A stretch of DNA of 64,000 bases from Myxococcota bacterium (GCA_036012755.1 DASCPX010000070.1:64001-128000), one strand, 5' to 3'; shown: positions 1 through 9,833, numbered from the stretch's first letter. The notes: a model not told the origin generated them from the letters alone. Numbers and translations are program-made.

Positions 1-413
1 TGCAGGGCATGCTCTCCCGGGGCCGCGGCCAGCTCGTGGCCATCTCGAGTGTGGCCGGCTTCCGCGGCCTGCCGACCTGGGGGGCCTATTCGGCGTCGAA
101 GGCGGCGGTCAGCACCTTCATGGAGTCCCTGCGCGTCGAGCTGAAGCCCCGCGGCATCACGGTGACGACGGTCCAGCCAGGCTTCATCGACACGGACATG
201 ACCGCCGGGAGCAAGAACCCCATGCCGTTCCTGCTCTCCAGCGATGACCTCGCCCACCGGGTCGCCGGCGCCATCGCGCGCAGGGCAGGGGAGTACACGG
301 TCCCCTGGCAGATGGGGGCCCTGATGTGGGTGACACGGCGCTTGCCGAACTGGCTCTACGACAAGGTGCTCTACAGCAACGTCCCGAAGTCGAAGAGGGG
401 CCCCGCCCGCTGA
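1..413 (+). CDS. SDR family oxidoreductase (5' truncated by window)
   Basis: ISSVAG...YSASK catalytic YxxxK and PGFIDTDMT motifs; N-terminal Rossmann motif lies before the window. Confidence 0.9.
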   Translation, partial: QGMLSRGRGQLVAISSVAGFRGLPTWGAYSASKAAVSTFMESLRVELKPRGITVTTVQPGFIDTDMTAGSKNPMPFLLSSDDLAHRVAGAIARRAGEYTVPWQMGALMWVTRRLPNWLYDKVLYSNVPKSKRGPAR

Positions 414-477
414 GCGCCCACCTTGGGTGCACGAGGCCTTCTGGTTAGGGGCCTCCACCTGCATTTGGAGCCGCCCG

Positions 478-2736
478 ATGATCGACATCTCCGCCATCGA
501 GAAGGTCTACGCCCGCGCCGGTGAGCGCGCTGCTATCGGTCGTCGCCGGCTCGGCCGTGCGCTCACCCTCGGCGAGAAGATCCTCTTCAACCACCTCGTC
601 GAGCCCGAGACCGCCTCCTTCGATCGCAAGACGAGCTTCCTCGATCTCCAGGTCGACCGCGTCGCCATGCAGGACGCCACGGCCCAGATGGCCCTGCTCC
701 AGTTCGTGGTCGCCGACAGGTCAGCGGTCGCCGTGCCCAGCACGGTCCACTGCGACCACCTGATCCGCGCCTACGAGGGCGGCGACTCCGACCTCGCCGT
801 GGCCAACGCCGAGAACTGCGAGGTCTACGACTTCCTGCGCTCGGTCAGCGCCCGCTACGGGCTCGGCTTCTGGAAGCCCGGAGCGGGCATCATCCACCAG
901 GTCGTGCTCGAGAACTACGCCTTCCCCGGCGGCCTGATGATCGGCACGGACTCCCACACCGTGAACGCTGGCGGCCTTGGCATGATCGCTGTCGGAGTGG
1001 GCGGCGCCGACGCGGTCGACGCCATGGTCGGCATGCCCTGGGAGGTCCTCAACCCCGGCTACATCGGCGTTCGCCTCACGGGCGAGCTCAGCGGATGGGC
1101 CAGCGCAAAGGACGTCATCCTCAAGGTCTGCGAGATCCTCACGGTCAAGGGCGGCACCAACCACATCGTCGAGTACTTCGGCCCTGGCGCCAGCAGTCTC
1201 TCCGCCACCGGCAAGGGCACCATCTGCAACATGGGCGCAGAGCACGGCGCGACCACCAGCACCTTCCCCTACGACCAGCGCATGGGCGACTACCTGCGGG
1301 CCACCGGTCGCGCCCGGATCGCCGAGCTGGCCGACCGCTACGCCGAGCACCTCCGGGCCGATCCCGAGGTGCTGGCCGAGCCGGAGCGCTACTACGACCG
1401 CGTCGTCGAGATCGACCTGTCCACGCTGGAGCCCCACGTCGTCGGGCCCCACACCCCAGACCGGGCTCGGCCCATCTCCGCCATGGCGGCCGAGTGCGAG
1501 GCCGAGGGCTGGCCGCGAGAGCTGAAGTTCGCGCTCATCGGCAGCTGCACCAACTCCTCCTACGAGGACATCGATCGCTCCGCCCACATCGCCCGCCAGG
1601 CCCGCGACAAGGGGCTCAGCGCCAAGAGCGGCTTCATGATCAGCCCCGGCTCCGACCAGGTCATGGCCACGATCCAGCGGGACGGGCAGGCCTTCGACTT
1701 CGCCGACGTCGGCGGCGTCGTGCTCGCCAACGCCTGCGGCCCCTGCATCGGCCAGTGGCAACGGGTGGACATCGACAAGGGCGACGTCAACACCATCATC
1801 AACAGCTTCAACCGCAACTTCCGTGGCCGCAACGACGCCAACCCCGCCACCTTGGGCTTCATCGGCAGCCCAGAGCTCGTCACGGCGCTGGCCATCGCTG
1901 GTGACATCGGCTTCAACCCGCTCACCGACACCCTCACCGACGCCGACGGCAACACCTTCTTGCTCCAGCCCCCCCAGGGCGAGGAGCTCCCCCCGGAGGG
2001 CTTCGTCGCCAAGCTCGACGGCTTCGTGGCGCCCCTGCCCGTGGAGCAGCGCGGATCGGTCGAGGTCGTCATCAACGAGGGCAGCGACCGCATCGAGCGT
2101 CTCACGCCTTTCGCACGCTGGAACGGCCGGGACATCTCGGGCCTGCGCGTGCTGGTGAAGGCCGCCGGAAAGTGCACCACCGACCACATCTCGGCAGCGG
2201 GACCCTGGCTGAAGTACCGGGGTCACCTCACGAACATCAGCGGCAACCTGATGCTCGGGGCCAACAACGCCTACACGGGCGACTTCGGTGTCGGAATGAA
2301 CTTCCTCACCGGGGAGAAGGCGTCTCACCCGGACCTCGCCAAGCAGTACAAGGCCGCCGGGCAGGCCTGGGTCATCTTCGGCGACGAGAACTACGGCGAG
2401 GGCTCGAGCCGCGAGCACGCCGCGATGGAGCCTCGCCACATGGGCTGCAAGGCCGTCATCGTGCGCTCCTTCGCTCGCATCCACGAGACCAACCTCAAGA
2501 AGCAGGGGGTCCTGCCCCTGACCTTCGCGAACCACGACGACTACGACCTGGTGCGCGGCGACGACCTCGTCTCCATAGAGGGCATCGGCTCCATCGCCGA
2601 CGGGGGCTCGCCAAGGCTGGTGCTCTCTCACAGCGACGGCACCACCGACACCATCGAGACCGACAACACGGTCTCCCGCGAGCAGTTCGAGTGGTACGTG
2701 GCCGGCTCGGCGCTCAACAAGATCCGCGGCGCCTGA
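478..2736 (+). CDS. acn: aconitate hydratase (mitochondrial/Aco2-like type)
   Basis: DRVAMQDATAQMA, HCDHLI, GTDSHT, IGSCTNSS, NACGPCIGQW, KCTTDHIS, NYGEGSSREHAA motifs; ATG at 478 chosen over GTG at 427. Confidence 0.95.
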   Translation: MIDISAIEKVYARAGERAAIGRRRLGRALTLGEKILFNHLVEPETASFDRKTSFLDLQVDRVAMQDATAQMALLQFVVADRSAVAVPSTVHCDHLIRAYEGGDSDLAVANAENCEVYDFLRSVSARYGLGFWKPGAGIIHQVVLENYAFPGGLMIGTDSHTVNAGGLGMIAVGVGGADAVDAMVGMPWEVLNPGYIGVRLTGELSGWASAKDVILKVCEILTVKGGTNHIVEYFGPGASSLSATGKGTICNMGAEHGATTSTFPYDQRMGDYLRATGRARIAELADRYAEHLRADPEVLAEPERYYDRVVEIDLSTLEPHVVGPHTPDRARPISAMAAECEAEGWPRELKFALIGSCTNSSYEDIDRSAHIARQARDKGLSAKSGFMISPGSDQVMATIQRDGQAFDFADVGGVVLANACGPCIGQWQRVDIDKGDVNTIINSFNRNFRGRNDANPATLGFIGSPELVTALAIAGDIGFNPLTDTLTDADGNTFLLQPPQGEELPPEGFVAKLDGFVAPLPVEQRGSVEVVINEGSDRIERLTPFARWNGRDISGLRVLVKAAGKCTTDHISAAGPWLKYRGHLTNISGNLMLGANNAYTGDFGVGMNFLTGEKASHPDLAKQYKAAGQAWVIFGDENYGEGSSREHAAMEPRHMGCKAVIVRSFARIHETNLKKQGVLPLTFANHDDYDLVRGDDLVSIEGIGSIADGGSPRLVLSHSDGTTDTIETDNTVSREQFEWYVAGSALNKIRGA

Positions 2737-2801
2737 TGCTGTGGCAGAGGACCTGATCGCGGCTGAACCCCGGCGACCGCGTCGCCGCAGTAGGCTTCGG
2801 C

Positions 2802-3545
2802 ATGCATCTTCTCGCTTCAGTCGCCCTCGCCACGCCGCTGATCACCTTCATCGAGGCGCCGGGTCTCGGGACCTCCGAACAGGCCGAAGCGACCCACCTT
2901 TTGAGCCAGGCCCACGAGGCGTGTCCTGGGGACACGAGTAGAACGGTGACCTTCGGCGCCGAGGACGGGGAACTGAGCGGCCTGAGCGTCGAGACGTGTC
3001 CTGGGGACACGAGTAGAACGGTGACCTTCGACGCCGAGGACGGGGAACTGAGCGGCCTGAGCGTCAAGCCCACGGAGCCTTGCTTCGAGCAGGCTCTTCG
3101 GAGTCTGGACGCGTCTTCCGTCCCCTCCGGCCACTACGTCGTCGAGCTCCTGGAGATGGAGTCCGCACTGCTCCTGTCCATCATCGGCACCACGGGCGAC
3201 GAACCCGGGGTCGAGGACATCTTCTCGGATCCCGTGGACATGGCGGCCCTCGACGCAGCGTTCGCGGCCTCCACAGGTGTCGTCGTCGCCGCTTCCCCGT
3301 CGGTCACCCCCGTGTCCGCACCGCCGGGTCTGAGCTTCCCGCCGACTCCGGCCCAGAAGTGCGACGGCAAGGAGGGCTCGAACACCTCGCATCGAGCGGA
3401 GCTCCTGTTCCAGAACGGCCACGCGATGGTGATGTCGATCTCACCCGAGGACGACTTCTCCAAGTGCCTCGAGACCGAGCTCACCACGCTCCGAGCCGAC
3501 ACCATGGACGGCTCGGTCGTGGTCGACGTCATCGGCACGCACTGA
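2802..3545 (+). CDS. exported hypothetical protein with Cys-pair domains (possibly AgmX/PglI C-terminal-like)
   Basis: Short leader MHLLASVALA; two C...C beta-rich units; contains a 25-aa tandem duplication. Confidence 0.6.
   Translation: MHLLASVALATPLITFIEAPGLGTSEQAEATHLLSQAHEACPGDTSRTVTFGAEDGELSGLSVETCPGDTSRTVTFDAEDGELSGLSVKPTEPCFEQALRSLDASSVPSGHYVVELLEMESALLLSIIGTTGDEPGVEDIFSDPVDMAALDAAFAASTGVVVAASPSVTPVSAPPGLSFPPTPAQKCDGKEGSNTSHRAELLFQNGHAMVMSISPEDDFSKCLETELTTLRADTMDGSVVVDVIGTH
2916..3065 (+). repeat. 75-bp in-frame tandem duplication (2 copies, 2 mismatches)
   Basis: 2916-2990 vs 2991-3065: gag(g/a)cgtgtcctggggacacgagtagaacggtgaccttcg(g/a)cgccgaggacggggaactgagcggcctgagcgtc. Confidence 0.95.
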
Positions 3546-3601
3546 TGCTCCTGCTCGCGTCGCTGGCCCTCGGCGCCTCCCGATTCGGTTAGTCCAACCC
3601 C

Positions 3602-3922
3602 ATGATTCCCATCCTCACCATCGCGCTCTCGAACCCCAGTGGCGACGAACTCCCCTTCCGAGAGCTGGCCGAGCACGTGAGTCCTGCGGCCTACACCTGC
3701 CTCGTCGAGGCCAACGCCGACGGCCCGGTCCTGGTGGACGTGTCGTCGCGTGGCGGCAACCTGTCCGTGAAGCCCGCCAGCGCCCACGAGGGCGACCTCG
3801 AGATCTGCGTGGTCGCTGCGGTCCTCGACGCCAAGCGCCCCGAGCTGCCGGATGGCTCAGCCCAGCTGTCCTTTGGCCTGGAGCGTGGCGAGCCCGAGCC
3901 CGAGGTCGACCCCATCGAGTGA
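3602..3922 (+). CDS. small exported hypothetical protein (Cys-pair domain)
   Basis: Short hydrophobic leader, YTC...EICVV pattern resembling the upstream gene's units. Confidence 0.55.
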   Translation: MIPILTIALSNPSGDELPFRELAEHVSPAAYTCLVEANADGPVLVDVSSRGGNLSVKPASAHEGDLEICVVAAVLDAKRPELPDGSAQLSFGLERGEPEPEVDPIE

Positions 3923-3936
3923 GGCGACGCAGCGGC

Positions 3937-5541
3937 TCACTGGAGCCCCCACCAGAGAAGCTCTGAGCTCCCCCCGGTCGGCTCGCCCAAGACCCTCTCG
4001 AGGGCAGGAAGCAGCTTCCTCTTCGTCGCGTCATCCGGCGTATCGAGGGCCACGATGGCGAATCCGGCACCCCTCAATCGCTGCACCTCGTCCCCCTCGC
4101 AGCGCCCCTCGTAGCGCTCGATGCACTCGACGAAGGCGTCGAGGTCCGGATCCTGCGGTCGCGAGTTCATCTGGGGCAGGTCTCGCACAGGACGCCCGTG
4201 GACCTCGTGTCCCGCGAGCCGAATCGGGTTGTTCGGCAGGAGCTTCGGGCCGGAAAGCGGCATGTGCAGCACTGCGCCCTCCGTCTCGTAGCGCTCCCAA
4301 GCCCTCCACTCGGCGACGGGGAGCTCCATCGTCGGCCAGGGCAGGCCGTAGCTGGCCACGCTGCGGATCGCGTCGGCGGCCCCGAGGACCAACACCAGCC
4401 ACAGCCACCTCGATCGCGACACCGCCAGCATGCCGGCGAGGGCCAGGTGGGCCACGACCAGCCCGCGGTAGTAGTGGCCGCCGTGGGCCAGCGACAGGTC
4501 CAGCCACTGGAAGACCACGGCAGGCAGCGGGATGTCGTAGACGGGCTCTCCGGCGAAGGCCAGCACCGGCCCCATCGCGACGAGCACGCCCAGGGCCAGC
4601 GGGTAGATCCACAGCCGCCGCTTCCCTCCCAGGACCAGCGCCCCGACCAGCCACACCGCCCCGAGGTAGGGGTTGTGGAGCAGCACCGAGTCGACCTGTT
4701 GCTCGGGCGCTCCCCACAGCAGGGTGTCGAGGTCCGCGATGGGCATCGGGTGGCCGAACAGGGGCGGGAAGCCGTCCGGGTTGTAGGCGGGGGTGAAGAT
4801 CGGGTCCAGCTCGCCTGCCCCGACCGGGTCGAGGTAGGCCCGGGCCAGCAGCAGCGCCACGGGCACCAGGGCGCTGGCGGCGACGAAGCGCTTCCACTCC
4901 GCTCGGCGCAGCCACAAGAGCCAGGGCAACGACAGCGCCGCGAACATCGCCAGGTAGGGCGAGGTGCAGGCCCCCAGGAGCCAGATCGGCAGCACGACGG
5001 CCACTCGCCACAGCGGCCCGCGCGATGCCCACAGGACCACGGCCAGGCACAGGGGCAGCACGTATGACTGGGCTTTCTCGACCTGCCCGGACAGGGCCAT
5101 CGCCAGCTCTGTCGGGGACAGGGCGTAGAGCACCGCGCCGACGAACACGCCCAGCGGCGAGGGCTCCTCGAAGAGCTGCCAGGCGAGCACGACGAAGGCC
5201 GCGGCGCCCAGGGCGGGACCCACCCAGGCCGCCAGGTTGATGAGCGCCGTGACGCTCACCAGCGGCGTCAGCGGGGTCAACACCAGGTGATAGGCCCAGC
5301 CCATGAAGGCGGGGGCGCGCTCCTCGGGGAAGCCGGCCTCAGAGGTCGGCGAGGGCCACTCCAGGCTCCAGAAGGCCTGGGAGATCACGTCGGTGGACCA
5401 GATGTGCACGCCGTGGAAGGCGTTTGCGATGGTCCTGCCGGCCGGATCGACCAGCCAGCCCGCGTGGAGGGGCAGCTGGATCGCGAGCGCCACCAGGAAG
5501 GCCCCCAGGGCCAGGGTCGCGGGCCGCTGCAGGTGTCTCAC
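3937..5541 (-). CDS. polytopic membrane protein, possible GT-C-type glycosyltransferase
   Basis: GTG at 5541 overlaps upstream TGA; many TM segments plus a soluble C-terminal domain (GAVLHMP...HGRPV). Confidence 0.6.
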   Translation of the reverse strand: MRHLQRPATLALGAFLVALAIQLPLHAGWLVDPAGRTIANAFHGVHIWSTDVISQAFWSLEWPSPTSEAGFPEERAPAFMGWAYHLVLTPLTPLVSVTALINLAAWVGPALGAAAFVVLAWQLFEEPSPLGVFVGAVLYALSPTELAMALSGQVEKAQSYVLPLCLAVVLWASRGPLWRVAVVLPIWLLGACTSPYLAMFAALSLPWLLWLRRAEWKRFVAASALVPVALLLARAYLDPVGAGELDPIFTPAYNPDGFPPLFGHPMPIADLDTLLWGAPEQQVDSVLLHNPYLGAVWLVGALVLGGKRRLWIYPLALGVLVAMGPVLAFAGEPVYDIPLPAVVFQWLDLSLAHGGHYYRGLVVAHLALAGMLAVSRSRWLWLVLVLGAADAIRSVASYGLPWPTMELPVAEWRAWERYETEGAVLHMPLSGPKLLPNNPIRLAGHEVHGRPVRDLPQMNSRPQDPDLDAFVECIERYEGRCEGDEVQRLRGAGFAIVALDTPDDATKRKLLPALERVLGEPTGGSSELLWWGLQ

Positions 5542-6527
5542 GGCTTGCCCCGAATGAGCTCCCCTATGCGACCCATCCTGCGGAGCGCCGGGATGAAGCC
5601 GACGATGAAGGGTGGGCCGCTGGCGACGATCCACGTCAGCGCGGTGTAGGCGAGGGCGTCGGCCTCGCTCACCCCGAAGGCGCCGAGCACGAACACGGCG
5701 GTCGCTGCCGTGCCGGCGGCGGTCGAGGGTGGCAGGACGATCGCCGCCATGCTGCCCAGTGCGATGACGCCACAGACGGCGAGCACGGGGAAGTCGAGCT
5801 CCAGCCCCAGGGCCGGGAGCAGGGTCCAGAAGGCCACCACCACCGCGGCGACCTGGGCGAAGGCCAGGACCACGTTCCCTGCCACCGGGCCCCAGGCGGT
5901 CATCCCCGTGCCTGCCTGCACCACCGTCTCGCGCACCAGGGCGACCACGCCCTTTTTCTCTGGCTCGGGCTCGCCCTTGCGCAGGCGCCTGGAGACCAGG
6001 ACCAGTCCGACGCTGCCAAAGACGGCTCCGAAGATGGCGAGGGTGAGCCAACCCTGGGCCTGGGCCGTGCGCGCGGCGCCGACGAGCTCCTCCCACTCGC
6101 TGGCTCCGAAGGCGATGACGGCGAGCAGGAAGAGGCCAAAGACCGCGGCCTCGATGAAGGCCGTGATGCCCACGGCGGCGACCGCGGCGGGAGCGGGCAC
6201 GTCCAGCTCCCTCTGCAAGAGCCCCATCGCGATGAGGTCTCCACCACGGATCGGCAACAGCGCGTTCATCAGGCCGGAGAGGAAGCCGATGCTCATCACG
6301 TGGAAGAAGGGTGTTCGCCTCCAGGCCAGCAGCGTGACCCAGAGGCGGACCTCGTGGAGGAACAAGCCAACGAGCTTGATGCACATGCCGGCGAGGACCC
6401 AGCGCATGTCCGCCTGTCGCACGGCGGCGAGGACCTCTCCGGGCTCGGCGGAGTACAAGAGCGCGCCGACGATCAGGGCCGAAGCCAGGATCTGCACGGG
6501 CAGCTTCCAGCGTCGGCGCTCGCTCAT
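5538..6527 (-). CDS. lysylphosphatidylglycerol synthase TM-domain (UPF0104, flippase-like) protein
   Basis: RLW..LL, N.LLP.RGGD, LP.S..AG motifs; about 8 TM; ATGA overlap with upstream gene. Confidence 0.8.
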   Translation of the reverse strand: MSERRRWKLPVQILASALIVGALLYSAEPGEVLAAVRQADMRWVLAGMCIKLVGLFLHEVRLWVTLLAWRRTPFFHVMSIGFLSGLMNALLPIRGGDLIAMGLLQRELDVPAPAAVAAVGITAFIEAAVFGLFLLAVIAFGASEWEELVGAARTAQAQGWLTLAIFGAVFGSVGLVLVSRRLRKGEPEPEKKGVVALVRETVVQAGTGMTAWGPVAGNVVLAFAQVAAVVVAFWTLLPALGLELDFPVLAVCGVIALGSMAAIVLPPSTAAGTAATAVFVLGAFGVSEADALAYTALTWIVASGPPFIVGFIPALRRMGRIGELIRGKP

Positions 6528-7066
6528 CGGTCCACGCACTCCACGGACAGCGTGAAGGCCCCGGTCACCCCGAGCTTCCCGTCCACTCCGAGGAGCCATG
6601 TCTGGGGGTTGTCCTGGGTCACGAGCCGGAACTCGCCGTCGCCCTCGAGCACGTCCGCCTCGCAGGCGGTGACGCTGTGTTCGAGATCCGGGCAGCCCTC
6701 GTGTGGCCAGCTGGCGGCGAAGAGATCGAGGTCCTCGCAGGGGCTCTCCAGCGTCACGGTGGCGACCATCATCGGCTCCATGCGGAAGCTGTAGACGCGC
6801 TCGGGGCCGTCCCAGTCGTGGTGGATGGGTGCGCAGAACTTCTCCATGTAGAAGTCGTTGCTCCAGGCCGAGCGCCCCCCGCGCGTGTGTCCGTCCAAGC
6901 TCGATCCGCAGTGGACCTCGGCGGTGACGCAGCCCTCTTGCGGGGTGCCGTCTCCCTCTGGGCAGGGAGGGTCGTCCTCGACCACCGGGTGCTCCTCGAC
7001 GACGGGCTCGACGGGCTCGAAGAAGTCCACGACAGCGAGGTCGCAGGCGACCTGGAGCAGGATCAC
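6524..7066 (-). CDS. putative lipoprotein with Cys-rich PPC-like beta-sandwich domain
   Basis: GTGA-coupled start, leader MILLQVAC; GPERVYSF, DLDLF, VDG...G.FTLSVEC. Confidence 0.65.
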   Translation of the reverse strand: MILLQVACDLAVVDFFEPVEPVVEEHPVVEDDPPCPEGDGTPQEGCVTAEVHCGSSLDGHTRGGRSAWSNDFYMEKFCAPIHHDWDGPERVYSFRMEPMMVATVTLESPCEDLDLFAASWPHEGCPDLEHSVTACEADVLEGDGEFRLVTQDNPQTWLLGVDGKLGVTGAFTLSVECVDR

Positions 7067-7524
7067 TCGATCCGACCCCCGGCCCTCTCCCAGGCGACGA
7101 CTCCTCCGCGCAGGGCGACCACCTCGTCGAAGCCTCGCCGGCGCAGGAAGCGCGTGACGCGCATCGCCGAGGGGCCGTCCTCGTCGTAGGCGACGATGCG
7201 CACGTCCGGGGGCAGCTCGGCGAGCTGGATCATCACGTCGATCTCGCGCATGTGCTCCGCACCCGGGAGGTGTCCCGCGGTGAAGTCCTCTGCAGCGCGG
7301 ACATCGAGGAACCAGGCGCCCTCGATCACGGCGTCCGGGTCGATCCACCACTCCGGCTGCTCCGGGTCGAGCTCGTGCTCGGGGATCCGCTCCTTGTCCA
7401 CTTCCCTGGCAGCTGGCGCGCTGCGAGCCAGCTCCTCGGCCCGCTGCTTCATCTCCGCCTCCGAGATGCGCTTGCCGACCGCCTTGGCCAGCCGGAGAGG
7501 GAGCTTCGCGAGCTTGCCGATCAT
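7063..7524 (-). CDS. rhodanese-like domain protein
   Basis: LDVR..EDF..GHLPGA and L.GG..AW motifs; active-site Cys position reads Asp (YDEDG). Confidence 0.85.
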   Translation of the reverse strand: MIGKLAKLPLRLAKAVGKRISEAEMKQRAEELARSAPAAREVDKERIPEHELDPEQPEWWIDPDAVIEGAWFLDVRAAEDFTAGHLPGAEHMREIDVMIQLAELPPDVRIVAYDEDGPSAMRVTRFLRRRGFDEVVALRGGVVAWERAGGRIE

Positions 7525-8834
7525 GGCGTCGAGCTTAACCGCCCCGTGACCCAGGTCAGCTCGCGGAGGCGCTCGGCGAGGGCTGCGGAGGGGGGCTCGG
7601 AGAGGCGCCAGCCCCAGTTCCCCTCGCAGGTGCCGGGCACGTTCATGCGGGCCTCGTTGCCCAGACCGAGCAGGTCCTGCATGGGCGCGATGGCGTCGCT
7701 GGCGATGCTGGACCAGGCGAGTCGAACCAGCTCCCAGGCCTCGCCAGAGGACCGGGTGCAGACCCGGAAGCGGTGCCTGACCTCCTCGGGCGCGGACTCG
7801 TACCAGCCTGACGCCGTGTCGTTGTCGTGGGTGCCGGTGTAGGCCACGCAGTTGGTCGTCTCGAAGTCGTGGGGCAGGAAGGCATGCCGCATCTTCTCCG
7901 AGCCGAACGCGAACTGCAGCACCTTCATGCCTGGGGCGCCGAGGGCGTCTCGGAGCTCCTCGACCTCAGGCGTGATGAGCCCCAGGTCCTCTGCGATCAG
8001 CTGCTTCCTGGCGTCGAGTCCGAGCCTCGAGAAGAGCTTCATCCCCGGGCCATCGATCCACTCGCCGATCATCGCGGTCTCGGCGGACAGGGGCACGGCC
8101 CAGGCCGCGGCGAAGCCACGGAAGTGGTCGATGCGCACGCGGTGGACGTGCTCCAACACCCGCTCGAAGCGTGCCCTCCACCAGTTGTAGACCGCCTCGC
8201 TGTCCCAGTCGTAGTGGGGGTTGCCCCAGAGCTGGCCGGTGGGGCTGAAGTAGTCCGGTGGCACGCCGGCGCGCTTGTCGAAGTCGAAGATGCCGGGCTT
8301 GGCTCGGGCGTCGCAGCCATCACCGCTCACGAAGATGGGCACATCACCGATGAGCTGCACGCCGCGGGACTCGGCGTGGGCTCGCAGGCCACGAAGCTGT
8401 CGGTCGCAGAGGAGCTGGAGCGCGACGGCGTCGTCACCAGCGAAGGCTCCCCAGGCCTCGAGCCACTCCGGGATCGGCTCCGAGCGACCGTGGGCCCGCG
8501 CGGCCTTCCGCAGCAGCGGCTCCTTCTCGCGCCACACCGCCTCCCAGTCCACGGTGGAGTTCGGGTAGCGCGCAGCTGGAAGATCGGAGGCATCGAGCAG
8601 GCCGTCGTCGACGAGGTCCTCGAGGCTCAAGAGCGCCGGCTCGACCGCGAAGGCCGAGGGGGAGGCATAGGGCGAGTTGCCGGGCCCCACGGGGTTCAGC
8701 GGGAGCCACTGCCAGCGGGTCTGACCTGCCGAGGCGAGCCAGTCGACGAAGTCGCGAGCGGCGGGCCCGAGGTCGCCGATCGGCCCGCGCGAGGGCAGGG
8801 AGGTGATGTGGAGGAGGACGCCGGAGCCGCGCAT
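7521..8834 (-). CDS. malQ: 4-alpha-glucanotransferase (GH77)
   Basis: SGVLLHITSLP, GDVPIFV, GVPPDYFS.TGQLWGNP, RIDHFRGF, AEDLG, YTGTHDNDT, RMNVPG. Confidence 0.95.
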   Translation of the reverse strand: MRGSGVLLHITSLPSRGPIGDLGPAARDFVDWLASAGQTRWQWLPLNPVGPGNSPYASPSAFAVEPALLSLEDLVDDGLLDASDLPAARYPNSTVDWEAVWREKEPLLRKAARAHGRSEPIPEWLEAWGAFAGDDAVALQLLCDRQLRGLRAHAESRGVQLIGDVPIFVSGDGCDARAKPGIFDFDKRAGVPPDYFSPTGQLWGNPHYDWDSEAVYNWWRARFERVLEHVHRVRIDHFRGFAAAWAVPLSAETAMIGEWIDGPGMKLFSRLGLDARKQLIAEDLGLITPEVEELRDALGAPGMKVLQFAFGSEKMRHAFLPHDFETTNCVAYTGTHDNDTASGWYESAPEEVRHRFRVCTRSSGEAWELVRLAWSSIASDAIAPMQDLLGLGNEARMNVPGTCEGNWGWRLSEPPSAALAERLRELTWVTGRLSSTP

Positions 8835-8910
8835 CGAAGGTGTTCCGTCAATCGGAGGTCAAGGTCCTATCGACCGGGAACCCGACCTGCGATCACAGGT
8901 CGGACCTTCC

Positions 8911-9351
8911 ATGCGACGCCTCGCACGCCCCCACGTCCGACCACAGCAGCTGGCCATCCCCGTCATGAGCCTCTGTGCGGCGCTGGTGCCGGTGTTGGTG
9001 GCGGGCGCTCAGTTCGTGGACCTCGCGGTCATCGAGTCGAGCCTGCCTGCCATGTGCTGTTGCCCGGACGCGGAGCCCTTCCACCTCACGGTCTACGTGC
9101 ACGACTGGGGCTGGGAGATCGACGGCAGCGACGAGGCCCTCTACGGCCGCGCCACGGTCGAGGACCTCTCGGCTCTGCGCGAGGTGCTCGTCGACGTGAA
9201 GTCACGCCATCCCCACGAGGGCCAGATCGTGATCGTGCCCGACTCCGGCATCTCCTTCGGCCGAGTCGTTCGCACCCTTGACACCACCCGCTCCTTCGAG
9301 GGGCAGGAACTCTTCCCCTGGCCCGTGTTCGCGGGCGGCATCATGGAGTAG
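8911..9351 (+). CDS. ExbD/TolR-family protein (divergent, AglS-like)
   Basis: N-terminal TM paralogous to next gene; I.PD..I.F..VV..LD C-terminal motif; start uncertain. Confidence 0.7.
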   Translation: MRRLARPHVRPQQLAIPVMSLCAALVPVLVAGAQFVDLAVIESSLPAMCCCPDAEPFHLTVYVHDWGWEIDGSDEALYGRATVEDLSALREVLVDVKSRHPHEGQIVIVPDSGISFGRVVRTLDTTRSFEGQELFPWPVFAGGIME

Positions 9352-9353
9352 GC

Positions 9354-9833
9354 ATGCGACGTCGAGACAACACCCCGGGAGAGCTCAACCTGGTTCCGAT
9401 CATGAACCTCGTGAGCATCCTCATCCCCTTCCTGCTCGTGGCGGCGCAGTTCGTGAACCTCGCGGTCGTGGACACCTCGCTCCCGGGCATCCAGAAGGAC
9501 TCTGACGTCCCGGAGCCGCCGGAGCGCCAGCTCAGCGTCGCCATCACGGAGAGCCAGCTGATGGTGCTCGGCGCCAACGACGTCCTCGGAGTCGAGGACA
9601 CCGGCGGCTACGCCATCCCCAGCGAGGGGCAGGATCTCGACACCGCCGAGCTCACCCGCGTCCTCGGCCTGGTCAAGGACGAAGCCCCGCAGATCGAGGA
9701 CCTCGTGCTCGTCCCCGATGGCAGCATCTCCTACGAGCAGCTCATCGACGTCATGGACGCCGCCCGCAGCGAGTCGATGGACGAAGGCGGCCGCCTGCTG
9801 TTCCCGAACCAGGTCATCGCTGGGGGGACTTGA
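9354..9833 (+). CDS. exbD: ExbD/TolR-family biopolymer transporter (AglS-like)
   Basis: ELNLVPIMNLVSILIPFLL TM; LVPDGSISYEQLIDVMDAAR; LFPN. Confidence 0.85.
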   Translation: MRRRDNTPGELNLVPIMNLVSILIPFLLVAAQFVNLAVVDTSLPGIQKDSDVPEPPERQLSVAITESQLMVLGANDVLGVEDTGGYAIPSEGQDLDTAELTRVLGLVKDEAPQIEDLVLVPDGSISYEQLIDVMDAARSESMDEGGRLLFPNQVIAGGT

